NCBI GenBank assembly: GCA_051942205.1
Contig: JAVECO010000006.1
Span: forward strand, 1-64,000
Length of the DNA stretch: 64,000 nt
Source: Coniocarpon cinnabarinum
Taxonomy: Eukaryota
Direction of reading: 5' to 3'
Within the stretch, counting starts at the first letter, position 1. Each line of letters begins with the position of its first letter. The notes beneath the pieces were generated by a model. That model was not told the origin of the DNA. It did not search any database and saw only the letters and a list, made by a program, of their open reading frames with translations. Position numbers and translations under genes: made by a program. Shown in pieces: positions 23,943 to 36,629 of the stretch.

Positions 23943-26900
23943 TCATAACCGTCCAGCCCCTCCACTGCCCACTCCATCGAATAATCGTTCTGGGGAAATG
24001 TTGCCCACGTTCCCGCCATTTTTCTCGTAGCTGGGTATGGCAGTCGGCGCGGGCACGTACCCTTCTCGTTGCCGACGAATCCTCTCAGCGAGAATGCCAG
24101 CAACCACAATCAAGAGGATGAGGGCAAGCGATATGGCAAGGGCGATCAAGACAATGAACCCAACAGCAAGACGATTGCTGGAAGGTGATTTGAGCAGGTT
24201 GGCCTGGTTTTGGACAAAGACTTGACGCAATGTGCCTGGTGTACCATCTTCCATTGTGGACAGAGCAAACGGGGCAAAAGTCGACCCGTCGTAGATGGCG
24301 GCACTAGCGTTGCCAAAACCCGTGATCTGAAGCAGTCCGGTGAGCATAAGTACCTGCTCGGGGTTATCACTCTGAGCCGGCATCACCTGCACACCTTGGA
24401 TTTCTGTGGCGACGCCAAATGTTTGAGAAGAGATGACTGGTGTCCACGTGCCCTGGGCAGGATTCGGAAACCCAGATCCAGAGGTAAATTTGGTGACAAA
24501 CGCTGATCCGTTAGCGCCAACACCGGCGGCATAGAACGATGTGTAGGAGTTATCAGTTGCCGAAAAAGCAGTGATCGGGCCAGGTACATTGTCTGGATTG
24601 TCACTTCCTTGGAAGGTGTTGTAAGTCTGTGCCTTGGAATCGTAGACAGCCATGGTGGACCTGTTGCCATTCAGCGTGAAGTTGCCGGCCATGAACAGAC
24701 GAGTCTGGCTGCCCCACTCGAGGGCATTCACAATGCTGCCAGCTTCAATCCCGGATTGGGGTGAGTTCCATTGCCTTGCAGAATTGTCCCAAACGCAAAG
24801 TCCATCACAAGGAAGGTTGCCAGTACCTGCGCTGGAAAAGGATCCCCCAAAATACACGAGTGAAGACGAACTCTGAGTTGCAATAGCTTCAACCACGACG
24901 TTGCTGCCCTGCAACGGGGGAGGTTGAGTTGATGAAGGCTCTCCAGCAACAAAGTCATACTCAATGAGGCCGTTCTCAATCGAACCGCCTGCGAAGAGGC
25001 TAGTGCCTTGGTATCCAACAGCTAGCACAGCAGCATCAGCTGAGCCGTCCCCTGCGATGCCTGTGACCTGATTGTTGTTCGACCCGTTTATCAATGCAAG
25101 ATTTTCAATCGTCGTGCCGTTGGGTAGCTGAGCAGTGAAGTGACCCCCGATGACGGTAATGTTAAGATGATTGTCGCCGTAATAAAGGCCTGTCGCAACG
25201 CCCTGAACGGGCTGCTGCGAGCTGGCCCTCCTCTGAATGCCAGATTGCGGCGAGGTCTGTTCCGGTTGGATGCGGATCGGTAATTGCTGGAGACTGAAGC
25301 TCGATTGAGACGACTGCATGCCACTGATGCCGCTGACCCGGAGTGTCTGCGTGTCTACCGCACCGCCCCATACCTGGTTGCTGTCATTCCCAGTCTGTGA
25401 GGTGAGCTGGCCAGAGAGAGCGATGCTGCTGGTGCCGAGGTTTTGTAACCAGTTTTTGCGTGAAGGGACCCAGATTGCAACATTTTCGACAGGAACGGCA
25501 GGATTGTTGTCGAATGGCAAGGTCGAATTAAAATAACCACTGAAAGCCACGGCTGGTTCCTGCTCGGACGAGGATATATTGATGTTCAGAGGAACGATGC
25601 TGTAGACCATGCCGCTGACACCGCCGCCAATTGGTTGCCAAGTGCGACTGCCTGTATTGTATAGTGCAATGTTCTGAAGTGCAGGATTTGCGTTATCAAT
25701 CGTGTTTGTAAAATTGCCGCCAATATATAAATTTGCTCCGTTCTGATTGCCGTCCTGGTAGATGATCTGGACAGCTTGATTCAGTCCCCGACCAGCAAGC
25801 GAAGTTGCGTTGCCGTTCTGAATGACCATTACGTTGGTAAAGTCCGGCGTTGAGAAATTACCAGCAACGTATGTGTCACCGTCAACCACAGCGAGCGTCA
25901 AAACTTCCGCATTGTCGCTCAGCGAAGTCCCGGCTTGATCGATCGGTGAATCCTGGTTCCCAGACCCTGGCGTGGCCTGCGTAGGATCGTATTCGTACAG
26001 TCCATTTAAGCCGCTGGTAGAATTTTTGAGGACGAAGCCAACTCTGGATGCCACGGTCACCAGGTTTGGACCCTGGTTTGCACTGGGGGAGAGTGTAATT
26101 GTGGGTCGAAAGCCGGATGTGGTGTCAACGTAACCATAGTAAACTTCGTCATATTTGTCGTAATTGTTAGTTTGCGTTATTTCTTTCGAGACGTTGCCAT
26201 TCGATCCTTGCCCTGAAGTTACCTCGCCGGTGATGTTCACAGTGCCACGGCTGGCGCAGCTTCCGTCTTGAATACAGCCAGGAGTCCAGACCTGAATGGA
26301 ATAGTTACCAGATTGCTTCAGATCAGGCATGAATTGTACTGTGGGGAGATCTTGACCAGTGCCGGTACCACCAATCGCGTAGGTACTCAAATACTGCGTC
26401 GAATTGTCCGGGGGATAAATCCTGATCCAGTCCTGAGCAGAGCTAGTCGCATTCGATCCATTGCTGACATCATCGCAGCGGGGCTCGTTGAATTCTTGTA
26501 TGGCGTACGAATAGATTTGGTCTTGGAAGAGCTGAAGACCCCCGAGCCCTCCCCCGGAGCCATAGTAAGCTGAGATATCGATTCGCATTCCATACATCTC
26601 GATCGGATTCACGAAATAGAAGTCCTGATATGTGCCATTCCCCTGTGGAAGTGGACATTCACGGTCGCAAAACTGAACTCCGCTAGCATTGTAATAAGTG
26701 AAATTCGCAATGCCGGACGTGGGATAAAATGTATACCGCCATGTTTGAGTGGCGTAATCCGGTGTTTGAGAATTCAGTAAGCGCAACTTGGTAGGTGTGA
26801 ACGGAAACCCGAAGTCTGCCCGCCAAAAGCCTGGCTGATTGTCCGCGAGGAGCCAGTCATTTCCAGACTGAGCATCGGTACGACAGATTATGTTTCGAGG

Positions 26901-27703
26901 GTCGCTTGACTCTGTGTGTGTTGTGGTGTTGGGATAAGACGAGATGTTCGCCGATCCAATGTTGACCACTTGTGCATCTGGAGTCTTTGGAGCACCTATA
27001 GTGCCGTTTCCCAGGCCAGTAAAGGATCCTCCGTATACAATATGGCCGTTTGGAAGCTGTTGAATGGAATTGACAGGACCATTGAAGCCTGCAAAAGGAA
27101 GACTCGTCCAATTTGTAGTCCATGATATAGCATTTGATACATTGCCAGCAGTAAAGAGGCCACCAAAGTACACCGTATCATCTTGGCAGAGGACGGAGGT
27201 GACCTGCCCATCTAGGCCTGGCAGTGGTGTGACACGTCTTGATTCAGGGTCAACAAGTGCAGCGCCTGTGGCGGGCGTGGCAGGTTGACGTCCGACGGAA
27301 GTGAAGTTGCCAGCGATGAGGATTTGATTCTGGAACCTGGATTGGACGACAAAATCAGCACTACGCCACTGCGAAAATCTCATTCAGGTACTCACGTGCA
27401 CATGTCAAAGAGCATGCCGTCGGTCGGGACCAGCTCTCCAAAGCCGCCATCAGGATAGCGCGCCAGCAGCGATTGGCCCGTATTGCTGAGGCCATCTTCA
27501 TCCTGTCCCAGGTATTTGTAGAGCGACAACGAGTCGAAGTTGCCGGCAAGCGACACACTTCCCAACTTCGAAATGTCGAGATTGGCTGGCGGTGCAGAGG
27601 GGAAATTGATGGCGTCAACACGGGCGATGAGAGGTGCTATGCAGAGTGACGCCAGCACCGTGACCTCGACGGGTAGCTCTGTCCTCCATCGTGACAGCCA
27701 CAT
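23943..27703 (-). CDS. RAX2: Rax2-like cell-polarity/bud-site membrane protein
   Basis: ~1230 aa; signal-like N-terminus, repeated GGxF/AGNF beta-propeller motifs, single C-terminal TM followed by RRQREGYVPAPT; intron 27337-27395. Confidence 0.88.
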
Positions 27704-29659
27704 GGCCCGACTGGCCAAGGGCGTCGGTATTCACAGGGCAATAATGACGGCGCAGCAACCCAGGACGACGTTGGTAAGTAGGGCAAGAGAGCAGAAGGCG
27801 CGTCGAGCAAAGAGAAGGGTTGGCTGGCGACGTGATCTGGCGATGAGTTGAGACGAACAGAACGGCTGTGCGTGTGGCGCGAGGGATTTTGGCACTGCAG
27901 GTACCGTTGATCACCCCCTTTCACATCGGCGTGGCTCTGCGACTCGTGTGCAGCCTGCCGATGCGCCTGTCGATGGTGGAAGAGGGACAGAGATGGTTAA
28001 TGAGCGACTGGAGGTGAGTGAGGATGGCGGATCAAGCAAACGGCCAAAGCGCGAGAGCACGTATGGGGAGAAGTGCCGGCGAGGAATGAGATGGAGATGC
28101 TGTGCTGCGGTGCACGCTCCCAAGTTCCAGGGAAATTGCAGCCAACTAGCGTCCTGGCGTAGGGCTTAGCGCTCCCGCCGCGGCTGTCCTGGCTTGGCGT
28201 TCTGGAACAGCATCACGTGCTCGGCCCGCTCTCCCTTTCGAAGTCCTTATGGTGGTTCATTATCCTTTAGTCTTCGACTCACGGTGGTTGTGAATATCGA
28301 TATCTGGCGTGACGAAATGCTGGTGTTGCATGGGCACCATAGAGCTACGGTCTCATCCCGCGAGCGTCCGTGAATGCCTACCCAGAGAGTTGAGGTAGGA
28401 AACCGCTTTTGCCACTTGCAGGTGAACTGGCCTCCTTGTCTGTCTGCGGGTAGAAGCCTTTTTCTCCGGAGTCTCCTTTCCTTTAAATCCAGAATCTCAT
28501 TGTTCACCACGTCTTTCAGACTTGTCGTACTTGGCACCTCCATTGTAATTGCCACAGTTTTCAAATAAGTATTCTTATCACCCGGCCGCGGATTTGGTAA
28601 CTCGGCGATACAGCTGTGAACGGTTTTCTTCTGATGTTTGCTCACAAATCAAACGTGTGAGACGCTGCCTTTAATACAAGAGCCTTACTTCCCAGTCGCC
28701 ATAAATGCGGTACGGGACACTGGAACTATTGACACGTGTCTTTCAAAGGAATGACTGAATGCCCATTTCTGCCGCTGGAAACAGAGAAGTCAATGCATGG
28801 ACAGGAATTGTCACGTATTGAATACGCTGAAGCCTCTTCCAGAGTGACCACGCACATGAAGAGGCCCCTACAAAATGATCGAACGATCCCAGGCCTTTCG
28901 ACCTTCGGTATCAAAAGCTACAATGAGACCGTGCTTCTTGAGCAGTTCTCGACAACTCGCTAGTATCCCAGGACTATAGCTTCGAGGCCAGATCGCCCCA
29001 ATTTCGATTTCGACCCAGAGGGACAAAGGATGCTATCGTCCTTAGCAACGTGACAGCGAAAGGGTTGGATTCGCCCTATATATTTCAGGCGGTGTCCAAT
29101 CCCAGTGGCGTTAATCTTCGCAGTGCATATGGACACGTTGCAACAAGCAACGACAGCCAGAATACTGATCTGGTCAAGCTGTCCGTGTTCGACATTAAAC
29201 TTCCAAACGTAGCTGGCATGCTCTTCGTGATTTTCGCAGTCTTATACTCGGGCCCTCTTCCTATGAAACCAGGTTCAATGGGACGAGACGCTTCACCTAC
29301 GTCGTCAATGCCGAAGTCAAAGCATACTGCTGGTTTCAGCTATTGCCTTTCATAGCTTGACTGGTCGCACTGATGTGCACGGAGGCATGACTTTTCCCCA
29401 CCAGCTCAAGCAATTTGTGCTTGCAAGGCTCTGGTATCACGCGGTCTTTCGTCAGGCGCAGCGGTGGATGTCTTGCAAAGTCGATTCCAGTAGCTACACT
29501 TTGTAAAAAGGAAGATAATGACGTGAGGTGAGGCGTCAAGATGGTAATAACGTGCAGGCTCTGGACACACGTCGCTATTCATCAAGATTCGTAGCTCATT
29601 ACACATCAGCTGGCACCTTCGTGTAGGACCAAGAATTCTTCCATAGGGACTCACGCAGC

Positions 29660-30787
29660 TCATACGTCGTTGTACCCCAAATATCTCTTCTCCAACCGCT
29701 TATCAGCCACCGCCCATGCCCATGCCCTGCCCGCCTCTCCACACCATAGTGCCGAGGGGTCATCTGACTTCTCCATCATACCATCCTGATCCATAGCCTT
29801 GATTTCCCCATTCGTCGTATACGATAAAAAGTGCTCAAACGCACCGTCTTCCAAAGCCAGCGCATTGCCCGAGATACCATGGCACAGACACGGCTCTTTG
29901 GTTAACAATCCACGTTCGTTGATACACGCACGACCCTTTCGAATGGCGTCCCTGATCTTATCCTTGATATTGGGGAAGTGCTCTTGAATACTGATCAAAC
30001 TCGCCACCACACCCGGCGCTCCGTGACATACCTGGACAAGTCTGTCTTTGCCCGGCGGTAGACTACTTGGCCAGTTGCCGCTCGGGAATTGATAGCTCAG
30101 CAGGGCCGCTAAATCGGCTTCCAGCTCCCCTGCAAAGCTTGGATCTGTGAGCACAATCTGTGTGATGATGCCAATGGCCCCATGCACCGCGCCCACGTAC
30201 GCCTTGTCGTGCCATTTCCATGGTCGTGCATCCATCAAGATCTTCTCAATCACCTCGTCGGCCGTATCGTCGATGAGCTCCCGAATGGCCTTGTCGTCCA
30301 CAAAGGTGGCGCGCACGAGCCGCAGGAGGTACAGGTATCCAGCACGACCGTACAGCCACTCGTTGCTCGCACCGTCTTCCAGAACCACCGCTGCGTAGTC
30401 GCACAGCTCACTCGCCATCTCCGGTTCCTTGGCACTCGCCGCGGACAACGCCAGCAGCGCCAACACATCGTCCGCGACGCCGCACTTCTCTTTGCGCGGG
30501 CCAGGGTATTCGCGCATCGCATCTTGTGACTGTTTGAGGTACGCAGCGAAGAAGGTGCCGAGCGGCACGCCTTCGACGACAAGCGCATCGTCTGTGTAGA
30601 ATTGCTGGAGGGCAAGGAAGAGGAAGGCGATGGAGGAGGGGCCGTAGTACAGGCCCCCGCCTGGCGGAATGGCATCGGGTGGATAGGCGGTCACGAGGCG
30701 AGTGAGGGAGCTGAGGAGCTGCTTGTGCGGATCGCGTCGCGTAGGTGGCTGGTCGTTGGCGAAGAAGCGTGGGAGGTTAGATGGCAT
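29660..30787 (-). CDS. lanthionine synthetase C-like (LanCL) protein
   Basis: EWLYGRAGYLY, GAVHGAIGI, QVCHGAPG and CLCHGISGNA Zn-ligand motifs; intronless 375 aa. Confidence 0.9.
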   Translation of the reverse strand: MPSNLPRFFANDQPPTRRDPHKQLLSSLTRLVTAYPPDAIPPGGGLYYGPSSIAFLFLALQQFYTDDALVVEGVPLGTFFAAYLKQSQDAMREYPGPRKEKCGVADDVLALLALSAASAKEPEMASELCDYAAVVLEDGASNEWLYGRAGYLYLLRLVRATFVDDKAIRELIDDTADEVIEKILMDARPWKWHDKAYVGAVHGAIGIITQIVLTDPSFAGELEADLAALLSYQFPSGNWPSSLPPGKDRLVQVCHGAPGVVASLISIQEHFPNIKDKIRDAIRKGRACINERGLLTKEPCLCHGISGNALALEDGAFEHFLSYTTNGEIKAMDQDGMMEKSDDPSALWCGEAGRAWAWAVADKRLEKRYLGYNDV

Positions 30788-31124
30788 GGTGGGAAAGGCG
30801 GAATGGCGTCTTGCCCGTCAGTGGACAGGAGGATGGCGTTGGACTTTGAACCTTCTTTGCAAGGTCTGGGTTGAAGGGTTCCGATGTAGAAAGCATAGAA
30901 TATTACTGCATCGCTTGTCTTAAAGAATGAATCTTGCGAGGAGGGTTTGCGCGAAGAACGAGGTCGATCGCGTGGTGGAAAGGTGGTGGTGGTGGTGGGA
31001 TGAGAGGGAGCTTTTGCGAAAACGAGAAATGACGTTGCCCCTCAGAAGCAGAATTGAAATGCGCGGAGGGCTGAATTTGCACGTCACTATATTCAGATGC
31101 AAGGTGATAACAATTTGGTAGATG

Positions 31125-32388
31125 CTATCGTCTTCGGCGCCGCTTGACTCGACTGATCAAGTCCTCTTGAATTTCCAAGACTTTGCGCTCTGTGTCGTCA
31201 AACTCGGGCTTCACCCGCTTATCAAGCACGGTTTCTTTCTTGATGTCTGTCACAACATCTTCTGTGCCATCACTGCCCTTCTCAATAAGATTTTCCTCTT
31301 TTACAACCTCTATTTTTGCAGCCAGCCTCTCAGAGAATGCTCTTAGATCCGCTGTGAACAGAACTGAGTGAGCCCACCCTGCTTCTTTGCCCCAGAGACT
31401 CCTGAATTTGTTTCCAACGGCATCGTACGTTGCTTTCGTCAAGCTGCTGTGCTTTCCTTTACCAAATTTGTAGTCACGCACCGCAATCTGCCACACGTGG
31501 GTGTCCACAGGCACGGCTTCTCCCCAGCCAAGACCCATCAAGCACACACAGTCAGCGACCTTGGGTCCAACGCCTTGAAGACTCAGCAGTGCTTCATGCG
31601 CATCGCGATAGCCTTCTCGGCCTTCTGGTCGCATTTCTCCACCCGTTCGCGCTGCCTTGCCAAACGCGGGGCTTTCTGGGTTCCTCAAAGTGTCCAGCCA
31701 GCCCTCCTCTTTCTCAGTGACAAGAACGGCCGTCTGATACAAGTATTTGGCGCGATAGCCGAATCCAAGCGAGCGCAAGTGTTGTTCCACATTTGGATTT
31801 GTGAGGGACTTTGGTGTAGGGAAGTCGTGATATGGCTCTTCATTCATGTAGCCGACAAGTCGGCCATAGTGCTTGCAAAGCTTTTCCACCATTTGTGATA
31901 TGCGCGCTATGTTGTTGTTACTGCTGCAGATGAAGCCGACCAACGCCTCCCATGCATCCTGTCGGAGAATGCGCACGCCAGCGAACTTAGGTGCCTTCTT
32001 GCGAAAGTTGGGATCTGCTTTCATCCACTGCTCGTACAGATCGGTGAGATTGGGCCCAAGGTTGAGGTAGTGCTTAACGAGATCCAGAGTATCATCATCC
32101 TCGGACGTTTGGGAGGAAGGAGGCGAGGGTGGGGCCTGGAACGACCTTGACAAGGCACTATAATGAAGGTGCGTAGGTGTTTGACGGAGTGAGAGGATGC
32201 GCCCGTGAAGCGCGCAGGACCAAACATCTTCTGCCGACTTTCTCCATCTTCAGAGCGTCAGTGGCGGACAATCTTGACAGGTGGGACTCAAACCTGAACG
32301 ATTGGCCGCATCTCAAGGTCGTATCGATGCAAAGCTCTTTGAGACTCACAGGCAGTTCGTGCCAGCCCGTAGATCGCAAGAGAGTCAT
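31125..32388 (-). CDS. OGG1: 8-oxoguanine DNA glycosylase
   Basis: ELCIDTTLRCGQSFR|W via intron 32248-32293; FICSSNNNIARI, LGFGYRAKY, HhH GVGPKVADC, VPVDTHV. Confidence 0.96.
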
Positions 32389-32663
32389 CCAGCACAATTG
32401 ACAGGGTGCAACCACACGAACAGAAGAGCAAAATCTACGGCGCAAGTTCCCAGATCTCGTGGCGAGTCCAGACCCTGAAACGCGTGAGATACACGCTAGC
32501 GAAAAGAAGCTAACCATAACAAGAGGAATCACTATGTTTTCAACCATTGAATGACGCGATGCACCTGCTTGTGCTCGTGGCTGTTCGATGGTTCTAGCAT
32601 CTCTCTACGCCCGCACCTCAATGCATTCTATGCGTCTGAGATGAAGCTGCTCCGCCCCTTGGC

Positions 32664-33584
32664 TCACGAATCTGTCGGATATGGGTGCCTTTGACTGAGA
32701 ACCACGCCATTGCTATCAGCATCCTGCACCACCTGAACAGGAGCTCGTGGAACACCTATGTTCAACAGTGGCTCACACCGATAGTCTTGGGCATGTAGAT
32801 GGAACCTACACACGTCTATAGCGCTCCATCCCTGACGGAATCCGAGACTCCTGCGTACGCGCGGCTGAGAATCCAGTCTAGCGACCGCTTGCACGAAGAA
32901 CTCTTTGGGCATTACCTTCATCGACGCTGCGCGTTGGAGATCAGCACGCCAGACGAAATGCTCAACAATGAAGCTGCGAAGTTTGGACTGTTCCCCTGTG
33001 GCATGCCAAAGGTGAGCAGCTGCTTGTGTGCAGAAACGTGAATCGCGACACAGCAGCGACACAAATAGCACTGTGATCGTGATGTCTTGCAGGAATGGCA
33101 TCCCGCGCTTGTCAGCGAAGATCCACACGTCTCCGAGTAGGCGATACTTCGAGACAGCATAGAATTCAGCTTTCTCGTCCTTTTCGTCGATCTTGGCTTG
33201 CTGGTCCTTGATCTCCTTCATCTTCGTAGATCGGTTAAGGTCAAGATGGAGTGTGTAGATCCAATGAAGCACAATCTCGAAAACATCCGGGTCATCATCC
33301 TCTAATTCGAAACGGAGCTCTTGTGCCTCCTTGAAACTATTCTTGAAAGCGCCTATGGAATCCTCAGCAACGTCAAGCGACAAGATTCGTTTGAATCGCT
33401 TGCCTTGAAAGTATGAGGAGTATGAGCAAATCGCGTCTATATGGGCACGGAAGATCTTCTTCTCAGGCCCAACCAAAACATCGACCAGTGCTGATTTGAA
33501 AGCCCTAGTTCCAAAGTCAACGCTGAAGCCTGCAGCCCAAGCGCCCTGCTTTGCTCACGTTGGGGAAATCCTTGTGGTTGCCAT
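32664..33584 (-). CDS. BTB/POZ domain protein (copy 1)
   Basis: ATG 33584, two introns; VDVLVGPEKKIFRAHIDAICSYSSYF..AFKNSFKEA..LEDDDPDVFEIVLHWIYT; WIFADKRGMPFLQD. Confidence 0.88.
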
Positions 33585-33962
33585 TGATGAAGTTGTCACT
33601 CAATTCTAACTTGTGCAGGAGAATCAATGATTTATAAATACTTTTAAGCTAAGATGCTAAGCTCAATATCACCTTCACTTCTGTAGCTGCCTGCATTCCA
33701 TACCTTTCGTGCCTTGTAGAAGCTATCATAACAATTATTTGGAGATCTCCACACTCTAGCGATGGATACAATCTCTCTTCCTGCCAGATATCGAGCTGAC
33801 GCCTGATTCAAAGCCATGTCTCGTTCATTGACCTTTGACCTTGGATCATAGCTGCGTCTCGGAAAGAGAGGCAAGAAATTGGCGGAAACCAAGCGGTGTA
33901 GACTCGGATTCTCGACCTGGGGGTTGTACTCGAAAGGATGCAGGATGGAGAGCAAGCCAATG

Positions 33963-34789
33963 CTATACTCTATGTGAAGAGTAGAATGACTCTGGGTTCA
34001 GGTCATGCAGCCGCCGACCGCAAGCCATCAAAAACTCACTGGGCCATGGGAGGCCGTCCGGAAAGTCGTGGAAAGTCAAAGTGAGGACAAAACACTCGGT
34101 CAAGAACTTCCACAGAGATGAGTGAGGGCTCGTCTTCGTCAAAGCCGCACAAACTGCTGGAAACGGCCACCGAATGAACCTGGGAATAATGTGGTCATGC
34201 AAGAGATTGATAATGTCATTTTGTAACTTGAAGATGCCCCTCTTGTCAGCAGCGATCCACATCTCCAGGCTCAGCTCGAAGAGTGCTGAATAACAAATTT
34301 GCCTTTTATTCAGTTCAGTCGACGGGGATGCCATCTCTTCAGCGCCGGCGGTGTCCTGGTTAGCGGTCATTGCTCCACAGTCTTTCGACCTTGAACCCGT
34401 CTTTTTTATTTCAGCATATCGAGGAGACTCATGCAGAGAAAGCTCCCCAGTGTACATCCACTGAAGCATCAGTGACACAAGTTCAGGTCTATCGTCTTCG
34501 AGGGCGAACTCGAAGTTGGAAGATTCTTGAAGCTTAGACCGGAACGCGCCTAACGCACGTCAGCAATGACGACTGAATGGCACGGCTGATAATCTCACCT
34601 CTAAAGTACGAAGAACAATAGCACAAAACATCTCTGTGCGCAGCAAAGGTACACTTCTCCGGGCTGACGAGAATGCGCACAATCGGAGACTCTAAAGCCC
34701 TACAGAGAACGGTCAGCAATCGTCGACTATAGACACTCAGGGTCGTTGTACACCTACCCAAAGGGAAGTCTTGCGATTTTGGGTACCAT
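33963..34789 (-). CDS. BTB/POZ domain protein (copy 2), probably C-terminally truncated by a premature stop
   Basis: ATG 34789, same two-intron layout as copy 1; VRILVSPEKCTFAAHRDVLCYCSSYF..LEDDRPELVSLMLQWMYTG; WIAADKRGIFKLQN; similarity continues past TAG 33963-33965. Confidence 0.8.
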
Positions 34790-35039
34790 GCCAGCGAATT
34801 GGTCGTAGTGCGCAACAGCTGCGTGTGCTTTGCAGCAGAGATAGGTGAGTGTTGTCCAGCTGAAGTGGAATTGAGCAGTGTCGAAGAGTAGGGGAGGCAC
34901 TCATGACGCTGACCGCTTTATCAACAGGCGGTATGCGAGGTGCAAACCTGACATGAAACACCGTGGGCTGCCGTTTCACAGCACAGTTTCAGGGATTTCA
35001 TCTACACCCGTGTCCCACACATTCACGGAGAGCCATATT

Positions 35040-35520
35040 TCAAGACGCACAGAGTTCGGTTCGGCACTTGGCTGCCAACAGGATGAAGGCTTGTCCTTGA
35101 TTCAAGCATTCTCCGCAGGTATGGAATTCAACTGAGTTTGTTTGAATCCGGTAGTTATGGTGGTAGACTGGAAGATTTGAATCGATGATTCGCTGGTCTT
35201 TGCACGGCGTCGCCCTTTGCATATGAACAGAGGAGAAGCAGCAGTCTCCGAAGGCCTTTTCGATACCGTGAGGACTGGTAGTTGCGAGCATGTCATAGTC
35301 AACAACGACACAAGCAGCTCGTGGATGCATGGAAAGCAATTGGCCAGTTCATACATTGAAGAACGATCTGGAAGCAGTTATTGGATAAGCAAAGCTGCTC
35401 TGGGACCATGAACAGCAGTGAAAGGGCAGAACCAGAGTATTGAGCAAGACAAGATAGCCAGAGATTGTTCTGGTATTGCGTAATCCTCTGCAAAAGTTCA
35501 TACGACGGCTGCTTTGGAGC
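35040..35520 (-). pseudogene. possible degenerate third BTB/POZ copy
   Basis: FQIVLQCM followed, after a frameshift, by TGQL at ~35337-35375 resembles FEIVLHWIYT / LMLQWMYTGEL; same strand and directly upstream of copy 2. Confidence 0.35.
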
Positions 35521-35799
35521 TGATCAAGCCATGAGGAAGACCACTGTCGAGCGTTTATCCCCTGACACTGGAAGCGACCCATGCGTACCAAAGCCCTCAC
35601 GCTGACATTCACAGAGCTCATTCGGTCTATGACACTCCGAAACCCGCAAACGCAATAGGGAGCAAGCATTCGTGATCCACGCGCCGCTACGATCATTCTA
35701 CTCTTCGTCAAGTTGAGAGCGAGCGGTGTATATATCAAGTCTTGCGTCCAGAAGAGAGAGAAACAGCTTTTTTAAATCTAGTGACAACGATTGTTTGAC

Positions 35800-36629
35800 A
35801 TGTCTAAAAGCGAAACAGCTGTCGTGACCGGAGCAAACAGTGGCATCGGGCACGCCTTTGCGCAGGTGTTGCTCAGAGAAGTACGTGTTGTCTAAGATTT
35901 TGAAAATGATGATTCAAGTCTCACAGACTCTGAAGGGCTGGCGTGTGGTCGCCATCGACCGTGAAATCGAAGACAGCATCAAGAGCCTTGGATGCACCTA
36001 CATGCAAGTCGACGTGAGCTCTACGATGTCGATCAACGCCTTTAAGGATGAGCACTTTGCACACAGCGAGCCCATAGACCTACTACTAAACGTGGCGGGC
36101 GTCATGGCGCCAAAGGAGCACGACACGTTGCAGACCGTGTCCGCCGAGACGCTGGAGCGCACCTTCAGGGTCAACACATTCGGTCCTCTGCTACTGACTC
36201 AAGCGCTGCTGCCGAATGTATTGTGTTCGAAGGCTCAACCTCCGCGGATCGCCGTCATGTCGAGCCGCGTGGGGAGCATCGCTGATAACTCAAGTGGGGG
36301 AAGCTATGCATATCGCGCGTCCAAAACGGCGGTGAACTCGTTCTTCAAAAGCATGGCCATCGAGCTAAAGGAGAAGGGAATCCCCGTGACCATATTGGTG
36401 CGAACCCCATCCAGATGATGCAGAGATCAGTACCACTGACATGCTCGTGAAACAGCATCCAGGCATTGTGCAAACTGGCCTGAATCCCCTCGACACGGTC
36501 TTGCCCCCCGAAGCCGTACAGCCCGAGGAGGCAGCGACCAAGCTGTGGAAGGTCTTGCAGGACAAAGGCGTGAAGCTGGAAAATAGCGGCACATTCTGGC
36601 ATCGAGAAGGGTTTGAGCTTCCATGGTGA
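35800..36629 (+). CDS. short-chain dehydrogenase/reductase, CsgA (C-factor)-like
   Basis: VVTGANSGIG Rossmann motif; intron 35881-35936; NVAG, SSRVGSIADNSSGGSYAYRASK (YxxxK); second intron then HPGIVQT; ends LPW*. Confidence 0.92.

Noticed and set aside
28247..29600. Possible gene or pseudogene between RAX2 and the LanC-like gene, or a RiPP precursor
   Set aside because: Only short ORFs on both strands with no recognisable motif or consistent exon chain; no precursor-like peptide or dehydratase.
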